From a virus: a stretch of DNA of 15,543 nucleotides. The translations under genes were made by a program, and so were the position numbers. The notes below the pieces were generated by a model. The model made no database searches, was not told the DNA's origin, and saw nothing but the letters and a program-made list of their open reading frames with translations. Shown piece by piece: positions 1 to 7,535 of the stretch; the first letter of the stretch is position 1; every line of letters begins with the position of its first letter. The stretch lies in the IMG/VR virus record IMGVR_UViG_3300020548_000004; one strand, written 5' to 3'.

Positions 1-99
1 AATGATTGAGCGGAGCTCGCGCTTGTCATAGCTGATTGGTAACTCATCTGCCACCGCTACGCTCCTTTAATATATCTATGGCCGTCATTACTTGGTCTA
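1..99. repeat. Terminal repeat copy A, exact 99-nt match to 15445..15543 (circular-assembly overlap)
   Basis: Base-by-base comparison: aatgattgagcggagctcgcgcttgtcatagc...cattacttggtcta occurs at 1..99 and again at 15445..15543, running to the last base of the window. It contains the 5' end (1..54, minus strand) of the CDS annotated at 15031..15498. Confidence 0.95.
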
Positions 100-441
100 T
101 ATCTGTCCAGTAAGGCATTGGAATCCCAGTTGCGATAGCAATCTCGATGATTAGTCGGTTGATGCTTCCGGGCTCGTAACTTTTGGGCTTTCATCTCCAA
201 TCGTCATTTCCTCAACTGTCAGCTCCCAAATCTCTTGGGACTTGGTTGGCTTCCCTGCTGCTTCGCGCTTATACGCAAAGAAAGCAAGATCTAAGAAGTC
301 CGCTTGCTGATAAGCCGAGATATCCTTCATCGAATAAATCGACTTACCAGTTTTGCGTTCCCACTTAGCCCATTCTGGCAAGCCAGCCTGATAAGTAACT
401 GATTCGCCTGAGCTGTATTTAATTGTGATTGATATTTTCAT
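44..441 (-). CDS. Tail assembly chaperone, -1 frameshift product (gpGT-like), join 441..181 then 181..44
   Basis: After slippage on C CCA AAA (187..181), the -1 frame stays open for 45 codons (SYEPGSINRLIIEIAIATGIPMPYWTDIDQVMTAIDILKERSGGR) and stops at TGA 46..44. This fills the otherwise unexplained 96-nt gap between the chaperone stop and the next gene. Predicted product is 87+45 = 132 aa. Confidence 0.55.
151..441 (-). CDS. Tail assembly chaperone, 0-frame product (lambda gpG-like)
   Basis: 96-aa ORF immediately downstream of the putative major tail protein and upstream of the tape measure region. It carries a canonical -1 slippery heptamer near its 3' end. Size and acidic C-terminus fit chaperones. 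Confidence 0.65.
   Translation of the reverse strand: MKISITIKYSSGESVTYQAGLPEWAKWERKTGKSIYSMKDISAYQQADFLDLAFFAYKREAAGKPTKSQEIWELTVEEMTIGDESPKVTSPEASTD
181..187 (-). promoter_or_regulatory. -1 programmed ribosomal frameshift slippery heptamer C CCA AAA
   Basis: Minus-strand sequence gaa agC CCA AAA gtt is in X_XXY_YYZ register with the 0 frame of the 151..441 ORF, 9 codons before its stop. Confidence 0.6.
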
Positions 442-462
442 AGCTCCCGATGCTCCGATCTC

Positions 463-864
463 TTAGGTAAAGGACTCCGCTGGTTGTCCAACAACTGTCA
501 TTGTCCAAGTGTCGGTGAGTGCTCCAGGGGCAGCTCCACCAGCAGTTGGGAAAATTGGCAAAACATTAAATGTAAAAGTTGCGCCTGATGCAGCTGTGAA
601 TACTGTTGAAATTGTCGTATTTGGTGCTGATTCTGCAACGCCCCAAATAATTTCAAATAGAGAGCCAGTCGCTCCCCAATCCTGCAATAGTTCAATTGTG
701 AAAGTCCATTGCTTATCTACAGACTTATAAGCGCGACCATCAAGAGTTTGATAAGTCTCGATAATTGTGTCGCAACTTAGAACGGCTGAAGTTGTTTGAG
801 CGTCAAAGTTATTACCCCCAATGGTAAAACTCACATCGCGCCCAGTTATTACTGTGGTTGGCAT
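463..864 (-). CDS. Major tail protein (small, siphovirus-type)
   Basis: 133-aa ORF with a Thr/Gly/Ala-rich, beta-like composition. It lies after the head-tail joining genes and directly before the frameshifting chaperone. Start ATG at 864. Confidence 0.6.
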   Translation of the reverse strand: MPTTVITGRDVSFTIGGNNFDAQTTSAVLSCDTIIETYQTLDGRAYKSVDKQWTFTIELLQDWGATGSLFEIIWGVAESAPNTTISTVFTAASGATFTFNVLPIFPTAGGAAPGALTDTWTMTVVGQPAESFT

Positions 865-873
865 TTGTATCTC

Positions 874-1266
874 CTATGCGGTTTGCTCGTAGCGGACGCT
901 CAAGCGTATATCTGAAACTAGCAGGGTTGTAGTTCCTACTTCTGTTACCGAAGGTCTTTCGACTATTGATAACTCATACTTGGAAGCGTTAAGCGCTCCA
1001 AGAATACTAATAATTAATTGCTCTAAATTATCAAGAGCAGCAGCGTTGCTAAAATACGCAACGCAAGCAGTTATGGTGTAATTTAACTTAACGCGAGTAG
1101 TTGATTTACCCAAGACTTCAAGCTCCATATAGGGCGAGTCTGGAATGACGATAATTGCTGGGACTATTGGCGCTTCTGGAACTGAATCATAAATATTAGC
1201 GGTGCATCCTGCTAAAGCGGTTTTAAGCGCTCCTCTAACATCTGTGGCAATTGTGCTGGCTGGCAT
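874..1266 (-). CDS. Head-tail joining / tail terminator-like protein
   Basis: 130-aa ORF with a TAATG overlap to the upstream gene at 1266. The N-terminal pattern (V..AL...L....A.IYD..PE....PAIIV) resembles tail completion/neck proteins. Position is between capsid and major tail genes. Confidence 0.45.
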   Translation of the reverse strand: MPASTIATDVRGALKTALAGCTANIYDSVPEAPIVPAIIVIPDSPYMELEVLGKSTTRVKLNYTITACVAYFSNAAALDNLEQLIISILGALNASKYELSIVERPSVTEVGTTTLLVSDIRLSVRYEQTA

Positions 1267-1838
1267 TAGCCCACCATTGTCTCAACATCAAGATAAGGCC
1301 CTAGAAGGCCAGTTACCTTGGCAAGTAAATTCTTAGATAGGCGGTAAGGGGTTACTGCAAAATCTACGCCTTCTATTGATCCACCTGCTGCTGTTCTTGC
1401 TTGGAATATTTCGACTGAGATAGCCAGAATTGCAGCTTCAGCATTGGCATTTCCGACATAGGTTGATAATCCAGAGAGCGCAGCGTTTCCTGCTGGGATG
1501 ATATTTTTCTCCAATATATCTGCATTGGTGATTGCGACTGTGAATACATAATCTGAAATCTCGTCATCGGTTAGTGTGTGAGTGCCATTGAATGGTGATC
1601 CGCAACCAGTAATAATTACGGATTGGCCTTCTGTGAATTCTTGAATTGTTGCGGTTTCAAAGTAAGCGATGTTATTTTCAAGCTTTACTTTGTTGATTTT
1701 GCTTTGAAAAGTGACCAGCATTGGAAGAACTAGGTTCTCTGAAGCATCGACAATATCGTTTAGATAAGCATCGTTATATAGGGATGACGAAACGCCAAGA
1801 ATTGTCCTCAGCTCTGTGGCTGTAACTATCGTTGGCAT
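1266..1838 (-). CDS. Head-tail connector/adaptor-like protein with an internal extra domain
   Basis: 190-aa ORF, the first gene after the capsid gene. SD AAGGA lies 7 nt upstream of ATG 1838. The N-terminus (TATELRTILGV....YNDAYLNDIVDASENLV) resembles gp6-like head-tail connectors, but the ORF is about twice their usual length. Confidence 0.45.
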   Translation of the reverse strand: MPTIVTATELRTILGVSSSLYNDAYLNDIVDASENLVLPMLVTFQSKINKVKLENNIAYFETATIQEFTEGQSVIITGCGSPFNGTHTLTDDEISDYVFTVAITNADILEKNIIPAGNAALSGLSTYVGNANAEAAILAISVEIFQARTAAGGSIEGVDFAVTPYRLSKNLLAKVTGLLGPYLDVETMVG

Positions 1839-1862
1839 TTCGTCATCCTTTCAAGCAGTTAG

Positions 1863-1897
1863 GTGAGCGGCCAGCTCGGGAGCGGACTGGCCGTCAC
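1863..1897 (-). terminator. GC-rich stem-loop after the capsid gene (putative attenuator/terminator or mRNA stabiliser, no U-tract)
   Basis: Arms gtgaGcggccag (1863..1874) and ctggccgtcac (1887..1897) pair over 11 bp with one bulged G and a 12-nt loop. It sits in the 71-nt gap between the capsid stop (1910) and the next start (1838). Confidence 0.4.
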
Positions 1898-1909
1898 TAT
1901 TAGGGATTA

Positions 1910-3463
1910 TCAGCTCTTGTTGAACCAGTTAGCACCTGCGGCAACCTTGGTTGCAAGTGCTCCATAGCCGTAGTAAGCAACCTCAATTTGGCCATTAAGA
2001 GCCACATTGGTTTGCAGACGGAAACGGCTGGATTCATACCAGGTGTAAGCATCTGGATTGATTACGACCATTGAATAATCTCCAAGGCCAGTTGAACCAG
2101 ATCCGAGAGCAGCGCGATCAACATAAAGCTCTAGACCTAACACATTTCCGCGGATGCTTTGTGGTGATACTACTCCACCAGCGTTTTGTGGTTGTGATGC
2201 AGTATAGATAGGGCGTCCAGCATCGTTGTAGGACATAATCTTGCCCCATTGCTCAGGACTTACTACCAAATTGCGAGCGAACCCAAGTGATGCCTTATAA
2301 ACTGCTGCTGCAGCAGTTGATACGAAAGTAAGCAAGCCATCTTTATCTTCTGTGGTTGCTGTTGCATTTAGTGTTCCGTTGTTGGCAATTTCACCAATTA
2401 CGAAAGCATTAGTGGCCTTTGCATAAGCAAACTCCATCTGGCGCACTAGCTCATCAAAGAATACTGGTGAGCTTCGGTCTAGTAACTCTACTGAGAAAGT
2501 CTGGCCGCCAGCATATTTATTTACTGAAACTGATATAAAGCTGTTTTCCATTCCAGTTTCACCAACTGGTTGAGCTTCATTAACATCTGCAACTGTTGGA
2601 ACTACTGTTAGCTTTGGAATCTCGAAAGTCATACCAGCATCAGGTAGGACACCGCGAGAAATTGCATCAATCGTTGGACGATCAGCATTTGAGAGAGGAT
2701 TTACAATCTCTGTTAGCTGACGGGTTGGAATTAAGCCAGCGTTGTTGCTGGTGGTGTCATCTGCTGCCATAACATACTGGCGAGCTGCGTCATCACCGAG
2801 TTTAGCGCGGACGCTATTCTCAAGATATTTTGCCTTGGTGAATTCAAGGCGAGGTGCTGTGTAAAAGGCTGGGCGAGACGCCTCAACCATATTTGCTTTA
2901 GCTGCTTCAACCGCTTCTTCAACGGCAGGAGCAGGAGCGGTAGTGTCAGACACTTGGTCTCCTTCGTTTGGTTTCTCTGAATCAGCGGTTGCTAAATCAG
3001 AATCTTCTTTTGGTGCTTCATTCTCAGAAGCTGCTACTTCGCTTACGCGAGCAGAATCAATTGCAGGATCAGTTACTAGAGATACTTCATCTAGGGTTGC
3101 TGAGGTAATCTGCATAACGCCTTTGTTGTTGGTCCATTCGTTTATCTGAGCTCCAACGCTAAATCCATCGCGCAAGCCTTCAGTTGCTTCAATTAGGGCA
3201 TCTTCTCCAGCCATAGTGTTGGCAATCTTGAAAGTAGCTTCAATGCCAGACTTAGTTACATTGTGAGAGACCATCTTGCCGATTGGGCGAGTGCGGTCGT
3301 GCTCAAGAAGCAACTTAACTGGCTTCATTTCAATTGAATCCGCTGCAAATACTGTCGGGCCAACTGAAGTATTGCCTTGCTCGTTCCAAGTTACGATAGT
3401 TCCAGTTATGGTGCGCTTAATTGTGTCGGCAGCTGTAACTGCCATTGGCATATTAACCTTCAT
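1910..3463 (-). CDS. Prohead serine protease (HK97/S78-like) fused to HK97-fold major capsid protein
   Basis: 517-aa single ORF. The N-terminal ~150 aa carry protease-like motifs (LLLEHDRTRPIGKM, GLRDGFSVG). An acidic/Ala-Pro-rich linker follows (ENEAPKEDSDLATADSEKPNEGDQVSDTTAPAPAVEE), then a ~330-aa capsid-like region. It lies directly after portal. Alternative starts at 3451 (GAAGG SD, 1 nt after the portal stop) and 3445. Confidence 0.85.
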   Translation of the reverse strand: MKVNMPMAVTAADTIKRTITGTIVTWNEQGNTSVGPTVFAADSIEMKPVKLLLEHDRTRPIGKMVSHNVTKSGIEATFKIANTMAGEDALIEATEGLRDGFSVGAQINEWTNNKGVMQITSATLDEVSLVTDPAIDSARVSEVAASENEAPKEDSDLATADSEKPNEGDQVSDTTAPAPAVEEAVEAAKANMVEASRPAFYTAPRLEFTKAKYLENSVRAKLGDDAARQYVMAADDTTSNNAGLIPTRQLTEIVNPLSNADRPTIDAISRGVLPDAGMTFEIPKLTVVPTVADVNEAQPVGETGMENSFISVSVNKYAGGQTFSVELLDRSSPVFFDELVRQMEFAYAKATNAFVIGEIANNGTLNATATTEDKDGLLTFVSTAAAAVYKASLGFARNLVVSPEQWGKIMSYNDAGRPIYTASQPQNAGGVVSPQSIRGNVLGLELYVDRAALGSGSTGLGDYSMVVINPDAYTWYESSRFRLQTNVALNGQIEVAYYGYGALATKVAAGANWFNKS

Positions 3464-4580
3464 TTGGGATTAAATCCTCTTCTCGCTGAATTTGCTCAAC
3501 GCTCATCGCGCCAATGCGGTTTAGAATTTCATAAACTTGAGCTCTCTCTAATGCGTTACCGCGTAAGAAGTCATCAAGTGCAAAGCGCGTCATTACTGGA
3601 TTAGGTGTGAAGTCCGGCAATGATAGGCGTTCCTCAATTGCCTTAAGTATTGGGCGAAGTGAGAAATCTACTAATGAGCGCCGCTCGGACACCGCGTTTG
3701 AGTAAGTCATAGAAGTCGTTTCGGCGCTCAAGAAGTAGGCAGGTATTCCACAGGCCCGAGCTAATTCTAGTGCTACATATTGACGCGCCTCTGCAAGTTG
3801 CATTGATTTAGGATCAAAACCAAATTGCTGTAATTCTACATCTGCATTTAAAAAAGCTGTTGAGCGAGATTGGCGAGCAGTTTTCCAGGCAGTTAGCAAG
3901 GATGAAATTCTTTCGGCAGTTAAATTAGTGCCATTTGATTTCAATACCATTGAAGGTGCTGGCTCTTTAGCATAATTAACTGCTGCGTTCTCAAGATAAA
4001 CTGCTGCAGCTACTGTCTTACCAGCGCGATGCAAGAAGCCTTCATCGCCGCCATCAAATCTTATAATTGAACCTACGCCACTAAGCGGAACTGCTTTACC
4101 ATCAACTTTGTAGCCAGTAATTGTGGTATTGAGGAAATCTGTATCAACTGTAACGCGGTCTGGACTTACGCGAGTCCAAGCTCTTACGCGTCCGCCATCG
4201 GTTGCGCTATACATCTCAAGCACTTGACCATAACCAGCGCCATATAGCCAGATATCTTCTGCAAGCCAGCAATAGATTACGAATCCTGCAACTCTTGGGT
4301 CTGGCTGATTGATTACTCTGTGTGGATCAACATACTGGCCAGTTATGCGATTGAAAGTTGTTAAAGGTAATGAGCCAATAGTTCCGCATATGATATTGCG
4401 AGCTCTTGCAACGGATGGAACGCTCATTGCTAATTGGCGAGTGGTATTAGTTGCACCGCCGAGAATGTTATAAACTGAATCTGAAATCTGAACTGGTGTT
4501 AAAGCTGCTTGAACATCAGTAACGGCAATAGGGCGCTTGGCCTCAACTGCTGGAAATAGGAAATCTCTTATAGCACCCAT
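3453..4580 (-). CDS. Portal protein (HK97-family-like)
   Basis: 375-aa ORF between large terminase and protease-capsid. Size and sequence character fit portal proteins. There is no obvious SD before ATG 4580. Confidence 0.8.
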   Translation of the reverse strand: MGAIRDFLFPAVEAKRPIAVTDVQAALTPVQISDSVYNILGGATNTTRQLAMSVPSVARARNIICGTIGSLPLTTFNRITGQYVDPHRVINQPDPRVAGFVIYCWLAEDIWLYGAGYGQVLEMYSATDGGRVRAWTRVSPDRVTVDTDFLNTTITGYKVDGKAVPLSGVGSIIRFDGGDEGFLHRAGKTVAAAVYLENAAVNYAKEPAPSMVLKSNGTNLTAERISSLLTAWKTARQSRSTAFLNADVELQQFGFDPKSMQLAEARQYVALELARACGIPAYFLSAETTSMTYSNAVSERRSLVDFSLRPILKAIEERLSLPDFTPNPVMTRFALDDFLRGNALERAQVYEILNRIGAMSVEQIQREEDLIPNEG

Positions 4581-4604
4581 TGCTTACATTGTAAGCGAGC
4601 CTAC

Positions 4605-6086
4605 TTACACTATTTGGATATCAACGCTACTTTCAGCCATAGTCGCATAGTGTGTTGCTAAGGCCGATGCAATTGCTCCGCAGATTGTCGTATTACTTAC
4701 TTTCCGACCCATTACCCAGCCGCCGTCACCGAAAGGGAGTTTGACGGCGGATAGGCATTGTTTGGTTAGCTCTTCCTGTCCCGAGTGAGCTAACCGCTGA
4801 GATGAAATTGCTCCTAGTAATTCATCGCAGCTTTGGGCATAATCAAGACCATCTATTGGCTCAACCCTAATTCCTGCAGGAGCTAATCGCGCAGCTACTG
4901 CCGAGGCGGTTCTGGCTGAATAGGCAACCAGCTGAACTGGATACTTGCGCACCCATTCTGCTACATCATTAGCCATTGCTTTATCGTCCAGATTGGCAGG
5001 GTTATGCCAAGTCTGAAGCAATATGACTTGGAACTTATCGCCCTCAAGTCTTTGACTAGCAACTAGCGCCGCTTCTTTTCTACTCGGGCTTAAATCAATA
5101 GCCAGCCAAGTATCAGCCTCAGGGTTGAGTCGAAGTCCCTCAACTTTGCAACTCTCCCATTGTGAAGCACTTATGACGGGATTTATAACATTTACCCATT
5201 GGGTCAAAACCTCTGTGCGCACAATATCCTCAGGGTCATTTAGAACCGCCCTAATATTATCTGGATGAATTGTTAATCCAAGTGAAGGGTTAGCTTGAGA
5301 TACACCTAGCCAAAAATCTGCAGAATTATCAAATTTAATATCTATTGGAGCTGAATATTCAAACCAACCAATATCATCAACCGCTCCATAAATAGCAGCG
5401 TAGGCTCTTTCCTTCAATCTATTTAAGACTATTGAGTGTTGATCTCCAGCTGAAGTATAGATAAAAGTTTGTGGATTTGGACTTGCCATTTGCGTATATC
5501 GCAAAGCAGACCACACATCATCATCCTTAAAGTCTCTTACTTCGTCCATATGCACACAATTTGGCGCGGCGATGCCTCTACCAGCCGAGTTATTGGCTCG
5601 GACAATATAGCGGCGGCCTTCAGTAAATTGCAGCTCCTGAAATCCCTTACTTTCCAGCTTCTTAGTAAATTGAGCAGCTAGCATTGGATTCTGTTCAATA
5701 ATTTCATAGATTTTGTAGAATAGTTCTGCTGAAGTAGTTAGCTTATGGGCCGTATGAACTTGCAACTTTTCTTTCAATACATAAATTCTAAATAGAATAT
5801 TAAGCGCCATAAAGGTCGATTTGCCATTTTGTCGGCCAACTAGAAGGCAGACGATTGGGTGAGCCCATCGGCCATCGGGTTTGTATTTAAGTGAATGATG
5901 AGCCAGCCATTGTTGCCAAGGCATCAAAGTAAAGCCGATTTCCTCGCAGAATTTAATCATTTGCTCGCCATATGAGGGGTAATCATTGAGTTTAGTGTGG
6001 ATTCTGGGTTCTGGCACACCTCGGTAAGCCGATTCGTCCCTAACTCGGACAATCTCACCCAATTCAGCCAAAGCGATTTCTTTCAT
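4605..6086 (-). CDS. terL: Terminase large subunit
   Basis: 493 aa. Walker A LLVGRQNGKST, Walker B-like CVHMDEV, and a C-terminal nuclease-sized domain. ATGA overlap with the upstream HNH gene at 6083..6086. Confidence 0.9.
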   Translation of the reverse strand: MKEIALAELGEIVRVRDESAYRGVPEPRIHTKLNDYPSYGEQMIKFCEEIGFTLMPWQQWLAHHSLKYKPDGRWAHPIVCLLVGRQNGKSTFMALNILFRIYVLKEKLQVHTAHKLTTSAELFYKIYEIIEQNPMLAAQFTKKLESKGFQELQFTEGRRYIVRANNSAGRGIAAPNCVHMDEVRDFKDDDVWSALRYTQMASPNPQTFIYTSAGDQHSIVLNRLKERAYAAIYGAVDDIGWFEYSAPIDIKFDNSADFWLGVSQANPSLGLTIHPDNIRAVLNDPEDIVRTEVLTQWVNVINPVISASQWESCKVEGLRLNPEADTWLAIDLSPSRKEAALVASQRLEGDKFQVILLQTWHNPANLDDKAMANDVAEWVRKYPVQLVAYSARTASAVAARLAPAGIRVEPIDGLDYAQSCDELLGAISSQRLAHSGQEELTKQCLSAVKLPFGDGGWVMGRKVSNTTICGAIASALATHYATMAESSVDIQIV

Positions 6087-6421
6087 TCCGTATAGTGCCT
6101 CGCCGAGCCATTTTCAGGGAAAATCTTCCCAATGGGGGTCGTGGGTCTGCTTCCGCGCTCAAAAAAGGTAGGGGTCATACGATCGCGCTTAGAACTATTG
6201 CATTGAGTGCAGCAAGCCACCATATTAGAAGCTTCATCAGTTCCACCTTTGCTGATAGGTATTAGATGATCAACTGTAGTCGCTTCTAGCCCGCAATAGT
6301 GGCAAGTATTGTAATCTCTTTGAAGCACTTGAAGTCTTGTCTTTTGGTAGTAGCTGGAGTTATAGCGTCTGCTCAATGCCAGCCCTTCGTCTCTAAGTGT
6401 TGCAAGGCATCGCAAGCGCAT
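6083..6421 (-). CDS. HNH endonuclease (terminase-associated)
   Basis: 112 aa with CHYCG...VDHLIPISKGG...N...CCTQCNSSK, i.e. HNH plus a CxxC zinc-finger pattern. Translationally coupled to terL. Confidence 0.9.
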   Translation of the reverse strand: MRLRCLATLRDEGLALSRRYNSSYYQKTRLQVLQRDYNTCHYCGLEATTVDHLIPISKGGTDEASNMVACCTQCNSSKRDRMTPTFFERGSRPTTPIGKIFPENGSARHYTE

Positions 6422-6819
6422 TTATATCTATGTCTTATGTATTTAATATGTGCATCTATTTGCTGCTTAGGGCTAAGGTCTCTATACCAAGTAGAACGCA
6501 TCTGACCAAGGCCATAATGAGAGCCGTTACGAGCCTTTGGATTCCATCTACTCTCTTTATGAATTAACCAGTTATAACATTGAAACTCTGGCCAATCTAA
6601 TTTGTTATAAGCATAAAGCTTTAGATTCATATCTGCTTTTGATGGGCTTGGATTTAATATTAATAGTAAAGCAGCTATAACGCCTATCGCTATCAAGCGA
6701 AGGCAATGGCCCCCCTCAACCTCTGTTACAGGGCCAGCTGCGCGCCCGCACTGTGGCGAGAGTGTATCAGCGTTGTCAAGTAGGCTGACATAAGTGCTGT
6801 TCAGAGCCATATCAACCAT
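6373..6819 (-). CDS. Membrane-anchored/secreted lytic transglycosylase-like protein (SLT/Apf C-terminal-like domain)
   Basis: 148 aa with a hydrophobic segment LRLIAIGVIAALLLIL followed by NPSPSKA. The C-terminal domain EFQCYNWLIHKESRWNPKARNGSHYGLGQ...QQIDAHIKYIRHRYKCACDALQHLETKGWH matches the pattern QCL..L..KES.WN..A.N.S.AYG..Q...Q....YI..RYG....AW.H....GWY known from Gram-positive muralytic proteins. Confidence 0.65.
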   Translation of the reverse strand: MVDMALNSTYVSLLDNADTLSPQCGRAAGPVTEVEGGHCLRLIAIGVIAALLLILNPSPSKADMNLKLYAYNKLDWPEFQCYNWLIHKESRWNPKARNGSHYGLGQMRSTWYRDLSPKQQIDAHIKYIRHRYKCACDALQHLETKGWH

Positions 6820-6838
6820 TTATCCCAATAGCATCCCA

Positions 6839-6867
6839 ATTATCTATATGGTCATCTATTGTTCTAA
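6839..6867 (-). promoter_or_regulatory. Weak candidate sigma70-like promoter (TTAGAA-17 nt-GATAAT) in the 65-nt gap upstream of the transglycosylase/HNH/terminase block
   Basis: Minus strand TTAGAA (6867..6862), 17-nt spacer, GATAAT (6844..6839). Only 3/6 and 5/6 matches to consensus, and the host sigma specificity is unknown. Confidence 0.15.
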
Positions 6868-6884
6868 AGATTGGATATATATCA

Positions 6885-7535
6885 TTAATCATTTAGATTA
6901 CTCTCTAACTGAATACATATTTCTTCACCCAATGCGTATGGAATCATTGACCTAGCTTGCTTGCCTAATCTTTGATTGCCTGTAGTAGTCCCCCTAGGAG
7001 ACTGCTCGTGACAAGGAGAGCCAGGGCGGCACATTTGTCTAGCTTGCCATTTCGGAACTATCCCCCAAAGGTCAGTAGGTTTCATTCTAAAATCACCATA
7101 TTGGCAATAAGTAATAGTTCTTCTAGGCAGTTCTTGCATAAACTCTAACTTCCTGAGCATCCCTCTAGGATTCTCAATTAGCCAGCCTAACTTCGGTTTT
7201 ATCTCATCTATTAAACTAATAGCTTTTTTAACCATTGCTATACCATCATAAACTCTGTCATCTTTAACTGTTAAAACTCCATTTACATAATGCCAATAAA
7301 TAGGGCAACTAGCTACGCTGAAAGTAGTGCAAGGTGGAGAAGCCCAAATGAAGTCTGGATGACCATATTTAACTATCATTTCAGCAGCTTGTAGCTCTAG
7401 CACATTTCTTTCATCTGCCTCAAATTTAGGCTGTAACTCGACCTTGACTACTTTATGGCCTCTATCCTCAAATGCTTTAGTTGCTGATCCTGTACCAGCG
7501 AAGAAGTCATAGATAATCAACCTTCTAACTCCCAT
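6885..7535 (-). CDS. DNA (cytosine-5) methyltransferase, compact form
   Basis: 216 aa. Motif I DFFAGTGS, motif IV ASPPCTTFS (catalytic Pro-Cys), motif VI LIENPRG, and a C-terminal RSMIPYALGEEI resembling motif X. There is very little sequence available for a target-recognition domain. Confidence 0.85.
   Translation of the reverse strand: MGVRRLIIYDFFAGTGSATKAFEDRGHKVVKVELQPKFEADERNVLELQAAEMIVKYGHPDFIWASPPCTTFSVASCPIYWHYVNGVLTVKDDRVYDGIAMVKKAISLIDEIKPKLGWLIENPRGMLRKLEFMQELPRRTITYCQYGDFRMKPTDLWGIVPKWQARQMCRPGSPCHEQSPRGTTTGNQRLGKQARSMIPYALGEEICIQLESNLND

Noticed and set aside
1-99. Interpreting the 99-nt end repeat as a genuine direct terminal repeat of a linear genome, or as a mobile-element repeat
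   Set aside because: The repeat falls inside coding sequence (gp10-like gene start and chaperone frameshift extension) and ends exactly at the contig end. An assembler overlap of a circular contig is the simpler explanation. Only read-level data can settle it.
2301-2319. 8-bp stem/3-nt loop palindrome aactgctg-ctg-cagcagtt inside the capsid gene
   Set aside because: It arises from a run of Ala codons (GCT GCA GCA GCA), is intragenic and has no positional logic.
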